Assembly: GCA_900319935.1 (NCBI GenBank)
Contig: ONQJ01000006.1
Span: 94 to 64,093 of the forward strand
Direction: 5' to 3'
Source of the DNA: an uncultured Eubacteriales bacterium
GTDB lineage: Bacteria; Bacillota; Clostridia; Oscillospirales; Oscillospiraceae
Length of the DNA: 64,000 nt
Shown here piece by piece: positions 61,115-64,000 of this stretch. The notes below the pieces were generated by a model. That model ran no database searches, had not been told where the DNA came from, and was given only the letters and a program-made list of their open reading frames with translations. The translations under genes were made by a program, and so were the position numbers. Numbering within the stretch: the first letter of the stretch is position 1; each line of letters opens with the position of its first letter.

Positions 61115-62033
61115 CCCTCCGTTTCAGATTGTTTAGCGCCAGCAGCTCGTAGCCCTTGACCGTGGCGCAGATATCCTCGATATACTGCACGCGGCAACCA
61201 TCACCGTTCCAGAAGTGCTTGAGGATGCAGGCTCCGCCGCCCATGACGGTGAGGCGCATGATCTCCGGGTTGAACTCGTATTCCCGCAGCTTGGCGAGAA
61301 TCGTGTCCGAATATTCCTCGGCAGCCTTGCGCATGACCGAGGTGTACTTTTCTGCAAGCTCCGCGTTCCCACGGCGCAGGAAGTCTTCGCACACATCGTA
61401 GGGCATAGCGAAACCGCTGACCGCCAGCAGCTCGTTGGACATGCGGATGATGCACTGCTCCACGCCCAGCTTGTCCGTGTAGCAGCGGCTGGACATGGGC
61501 TTGCCGTCCTTGATGAGCATGGTGTTCATGGTCCCGTTGCCGATGTCCGCCAGGATGTTCATGCCTTTGAAGTCTCCGAGCCTCTGCACCACTCCGGCGA
61601 AACCCTGGGGGAAGACCTGCACGTTATCGATGCGAACCAGGTAATCCTGCCCGTGATACCTGAACTCAATCAGCTCGTTGCGCATGAGGTACTTGCGAAA
61701 GGCCTCCTTCTGGGCGCCGATCCACTGGATCGGCAGTCCCACCGCCAGTACGGCCTCACATTCCGTGATGTGCCGGAACTCCAGTTCCTTGGCCAGCGCT
61801 GCCACGGTCAGAATGTAGTAATCCTCATCCTGGCTCTTGTCACTGACAAAGCCCTTGTGCTCTTCTCCGACCACATAATACTTGCCCTCATAGAAGAGCG
61901 CGTCCGACGTCATGGCCGGTTCACTGTCGTAGGCTTTGACGCCCGAGCGAAAGACCACGTGCCGGCATTTGATATTACCGAAGCCGTGGTCGATCCCGAT
62001 GATTTCTTTTCCGTTGTAGTTGTAATGTTCCAT
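61107..62033 (-). CDS. ParM/StbA-family actin-like plasmid segregation ATPase
   Basis: 308 aa. Actin-fold motifs are IGIDHGFGNIK (phosphate 1), LADIGNGTMN (phosphate 2) and VMGGGA (adenosine). Confidence 0.8.
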   Translation of the reverse strand: MEHYNYNGKEIIGIDHGFGNIKCRHVVFRSGVKAYDSEPAMTSDALFYEGKYYVVGEEHKGFVSDKSQDEDYYILTVAALAKELEFRHITECEAVLAVGLPIQWIGAQKEAFRKYLMRNELIEFRYHGQDYLVRIDNVQVFPQGFAGVVQRLGDFKGMNILADIGNGTMNTMLIKDGKPMSSRCYTDKLGVEQCIIRMSNELLAVSGFAMPYDVCEDFLRRGNAELAEKYTSVMRKAAEEYSDTILAKLREYEFNPEIMRLTVMGGGACILKHFWNGDGCRVQYIEDICATVKGYELLALNNLKRRDA

Positions 62034-62520
62034 TAAGAATCCTCCTTAAAACGATTTTCGCTTGTGTTTTCTTCCTGGGTCAGCCGGGTCAAGCGTTCCT
62101 CCGGCTGATCCATTTTACTGTTCGCCTGGATTATACGGCGCGAATCCGCTGTTCCAGCGTCCCGGCATGACCGCAAAAAAGTTTGTCACAGGGTTCACCT
62201 CCTTTCTCAGCTCCCGAAAAGTGAGAGCAGTTATTTAAAAACGAAATCTCCCTTTGCCGCTTGCCGTTCTTCCCTCCCTGTTTCCTGACAGGCAACCCTG
62301 CTCGGCGCTGTGCCGTCGGCCCCGTAGGGGCCGCGCTCCCTCTTGCTAGATCTTCGCGGTTTATCTCAGTTCGGACGGTCATTCACTTGTCGAACCGTAT
62401 CGTACCAAGAAAAAAGGCCTCCTCCCGTATATCCGGGATGTAGGAAAGCAGGGGTAAAAAGTGAAAAATTCCACGATCAAGGAAATAATGTGGTATACTG
62501 TTAAGAAGCCGTGTTTTTGA

Positions 62521-63357
62521 GTGAAGGAGAGAACGAAAATGTATGTAAAGCTGTCCATTCCCGAACGCTTGAAGGATTTGCGCGTGGAGCGCCATCTGAC
62601 CCTGGAGGAACTGGCCGAAGCCACCGGCCTTTCCAAATCCGCTCTCGGCAGCTATGAGGCCGACGACTACAAGGACATCAGCCCGTTCAGCATCGTGACG
62701 CTCTCAGAGTTCTATGGGGTGTCCACGGATTACCTGCTGGGGGTCTCGGAAATAAAGAATCACCCAGACACAGACCTGGCGAGTCTGCACCTGAGTGATA
62801 ATATGATGAAGCTATTGGCAAGTGGGAAGATCAACAACCGCCTGCTATGTGAGGTCGCCACGCATCCGGATTTTCAGCGATTAATGGTGGACACGGAGAT
62901 CTGCGTGGATCGGATCGCTGCCATGCGGGTACATGATTTGAACGTCGTCCTGGCCGAGGCTCGGAAAACGGTCATGGAGAAGCACAACCCCGGCGAGAAC
63001 GATCTGTACATGCGTACGCTGGAGCTGGCTCAGATCGACGAGGACGAGTATTTCAACCGGGTCGTGCATGATGATCTCGATAAGATCATCGCAGATATCC
63101 GGGAAGCGCACAAGAAAGACACGACCACCGCCGATGCGGTCAATCCCTCCGACACCGCACGTCAGGAGCTGGAAGCCGCCATGAGCTACGAGGGCAGCGC
63201 AGAGGAACGCCAGGCCCGCCTGTTCTGCAAGCAGCTGGGTATCAACTACGATAAGCTGTCTAAGGACGAATTCGTCAGCCTGATCAACATTCTGAAAAAG
63301 TCTTCTCTCCTTAAGAGCCAGCCCAACAAACGAGGCAAGAACAACAAGTGGAAGTAA
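62521..63357 (+). CDS. XRE-family HTH regulator with long C-terminal domain of unknown function
   Basis: 278 aa; the start is more likely the ATG at 62539 (MYVKLSIPERL). The HTH is LTLEELAEATGLSKSALGSYE. The C-terminal roughly 200 aa match no family I recognise. Confidence 0.75.
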   Translation: MKERTKMYVKLSIPERLKDLRVERHLTLEELAEATGLSKSALGSYEADDYKDISPFSIVTLSEFYGVSTDYLLGVSEIKNHPDTDLASLHLSDNMMKLLASGKINNRLLCEVATHPDFQRLMVDTEICVDRIAAMRVHDLNVVLAEARKTVMEKHNPGENDLYMRTLELAQIDEDEYFNRVVHDDLDKIIADIREAHKKDTTTADAVNPSDTARQELEAAMSYEGSAEERQARLFCKQLGINYDKLSKDEFVSLINILKKSSLLKSQPNKRGKNNKWK

Positions 63358-63417
63358 TTTTTATGCTGCGTCTATTTTACCCCGTTCAAACAAAGCAAGG
63401 CTAAATCAAGATAAAGA

Positions 63418-63446
63418 TTGATTTATCTATATAATTGCGTTATAAT
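63418..63446 (+). promoter_or_regulatory. sigma-A type promoter of the MmeI-like gene
   Basis: TTGATT at 63418-63423, 17-nt spacer, TATAAT at 63441-63446. Confidence 0.5.
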
Positions 63447-63475
63447 TGCCGTAGTATGATTTTGAGGTGATTTCA

Positions 63476-64000
63476 GTGGCATTGACTGAAGCGAAGCAGA
63501 AAGCAGCGGCAAAGGCTTTTGCGAAATATTGGGAAGACAAAGGCTACGAGAAGGGAGAAAGCCAGAAGTTTTGGCTCTCTCTGCTTCGCGATGTCTTTGG
63601 TGTGGCCGAGCCGGAGAAGTACATCACGTTTGAAGATCAGGTAAAGCTGGACAGTTCCACCGGCTTTATCGACGGATATATTGCCGAGACAAAGGTCATG
63701 ATTGAGCAGAAAGGCAGCGGGAAGGATCTGAACAAACCGATCCGGCAGTCGGACGGCTCCATGCTCAATCCCTTTCAGCAGGCCAAGAAGTACATTACAG
63801 AGCTCCCGCTCTCCCAGCATCCGCGCTGGGTTGTCACCTGCAATTTTCAGGAGTTCTATGTCTATGACATGGAAAAGCCCCACGGCGATCCGGAGAAAAT
63901 CAAACTGGCCGATTTGGAAAAGGAATACTACCGCCTGTCTTTCCTTGTGGACAAGGGAAATGTGCATCTGCAGCGGGAGATGGAGATCTCCATCAAAGCC
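63476..64000 (+). CDS. MmeI-family (type IIL/IIG) restriction-modification enzyme, N-terminal nuclease domain (3' part beyond window)
   Basis: GTG at 63476 lies 5 nt after GAGGTGA, and the frame is open to the window edge. It is absent from the track because there is no stop. Translation: MALTEAKQKAAAKAFAKYWEDKGYEKGESQKFWLSLLRDVFGV...GFIDGYIAETKVMIEQKGSGKDL. The D-x(n)-E-x-K motif and its spacing resemble the MmeI N-terminal PD-ExK domain. Confidence 0.7.
   Translation, partial: MALTEAKQKAAAKAFAKYWEDKGYEKGESQKFWLSLLRDVFGVAEPEKYITFEDQVKLDSSTGFIDGYIAETKVMIEQKGSGKDLNKPIRQSDGSMLNPFQQAKKYITELPLSQHPRWVVTCNFQEFYVYDMEKPHGDPEKIKLADLEKEYYRLSFLVDKGNVHLQREMEISIKA

Larger units (their letters stand above)
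57450..64000. mobile_element. integrative mobilizable element (one end only), inserted immediately 3' of tRNA-Ala; continues beyond the window
   Basis: An integrase gene abuts the tRNA. It is followed by xis, a small HTH gene, a MobV relaxase, a ParR-like/ParM pair, an XRE regulator and an MmeI-like RM gene. Base composition and codon usage look more AT-rich than the flanking chromosome (by eye, not computed). Confidence 0.75.

Noticed and set aside
63473-63967. 164-aa minus-strand ORF at the window end
   Set aside because: It is the shadow of the plus-strand MmeI-like N-terminal domain, which has an RBS, a promoter and a nuclease motif.

Overview
High-GC, Clostridia-type chromosomal segment. 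The taxonomic guess rests on spoIIE, spoIIP and Firmicutes-style AGGAGG ribosome-binding sites. Positions 1 to about 57.4 kb are mostly housekeeping and metabolic genes. They include rsmI, a DUF5058/M20 peptidase cluster, a yozG-type operon, an HMA/P1B-ATPase/ArsR metal cassette, gltS, yceD-rpmF-DUF512-der-plsY, spoIIE, ahcY, mgtE, a Na+-translocating decarboxylase operon, an SH3b/NlpC-P60 hydrolase, PBP1A, gdhA, hpf, nadE, glyQS, coaX, hypB, rsmG, spoIIP, a rubrerythrin/rubredoxin cluster, an LRR surface protein, dut and degV. A tRNA-Ala(GGC) gene lies at 57374-57449. From there to the window edge the DNA looks more AT-rich (not computed) and carries the left part of an integrated mobilizable element: tyrosine integrase, excisionase, small HTH protein, MobV relaxase, ParR-like/ParM partition pair, XRE regulator, and the N-terminus of an MmeI-family restriction-modification enzyme. 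Main second-look items: (1) three conserved genes (DUF512, mgtE, C-N hydrolase) each carry a short internal deletion that is not a multiple of 3; one of these creates a false 901-aa DUF512-Der fusion ORF. (2) The tRNA-linked element combines integrase, relaxase and an actin-type plasmid partition system, with a defence gene as cargo. (3) A roughly 210-nt terminator-capped structured RNA, probably SRP RNA, has an unusual apical loop. (4) Several palindromes and operators are present, and a 44-aa rubredoxin gene is missing from the ORF track. No CRISPR array, rRNA or reverse transcriptase was seen. I found no clear novel multi-gene system in the visible part; the element's cargo continues beyond position 64000. 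Many long ORFs in the track are antisense shadow ORFs typical of high-GC DNA and are rejected.
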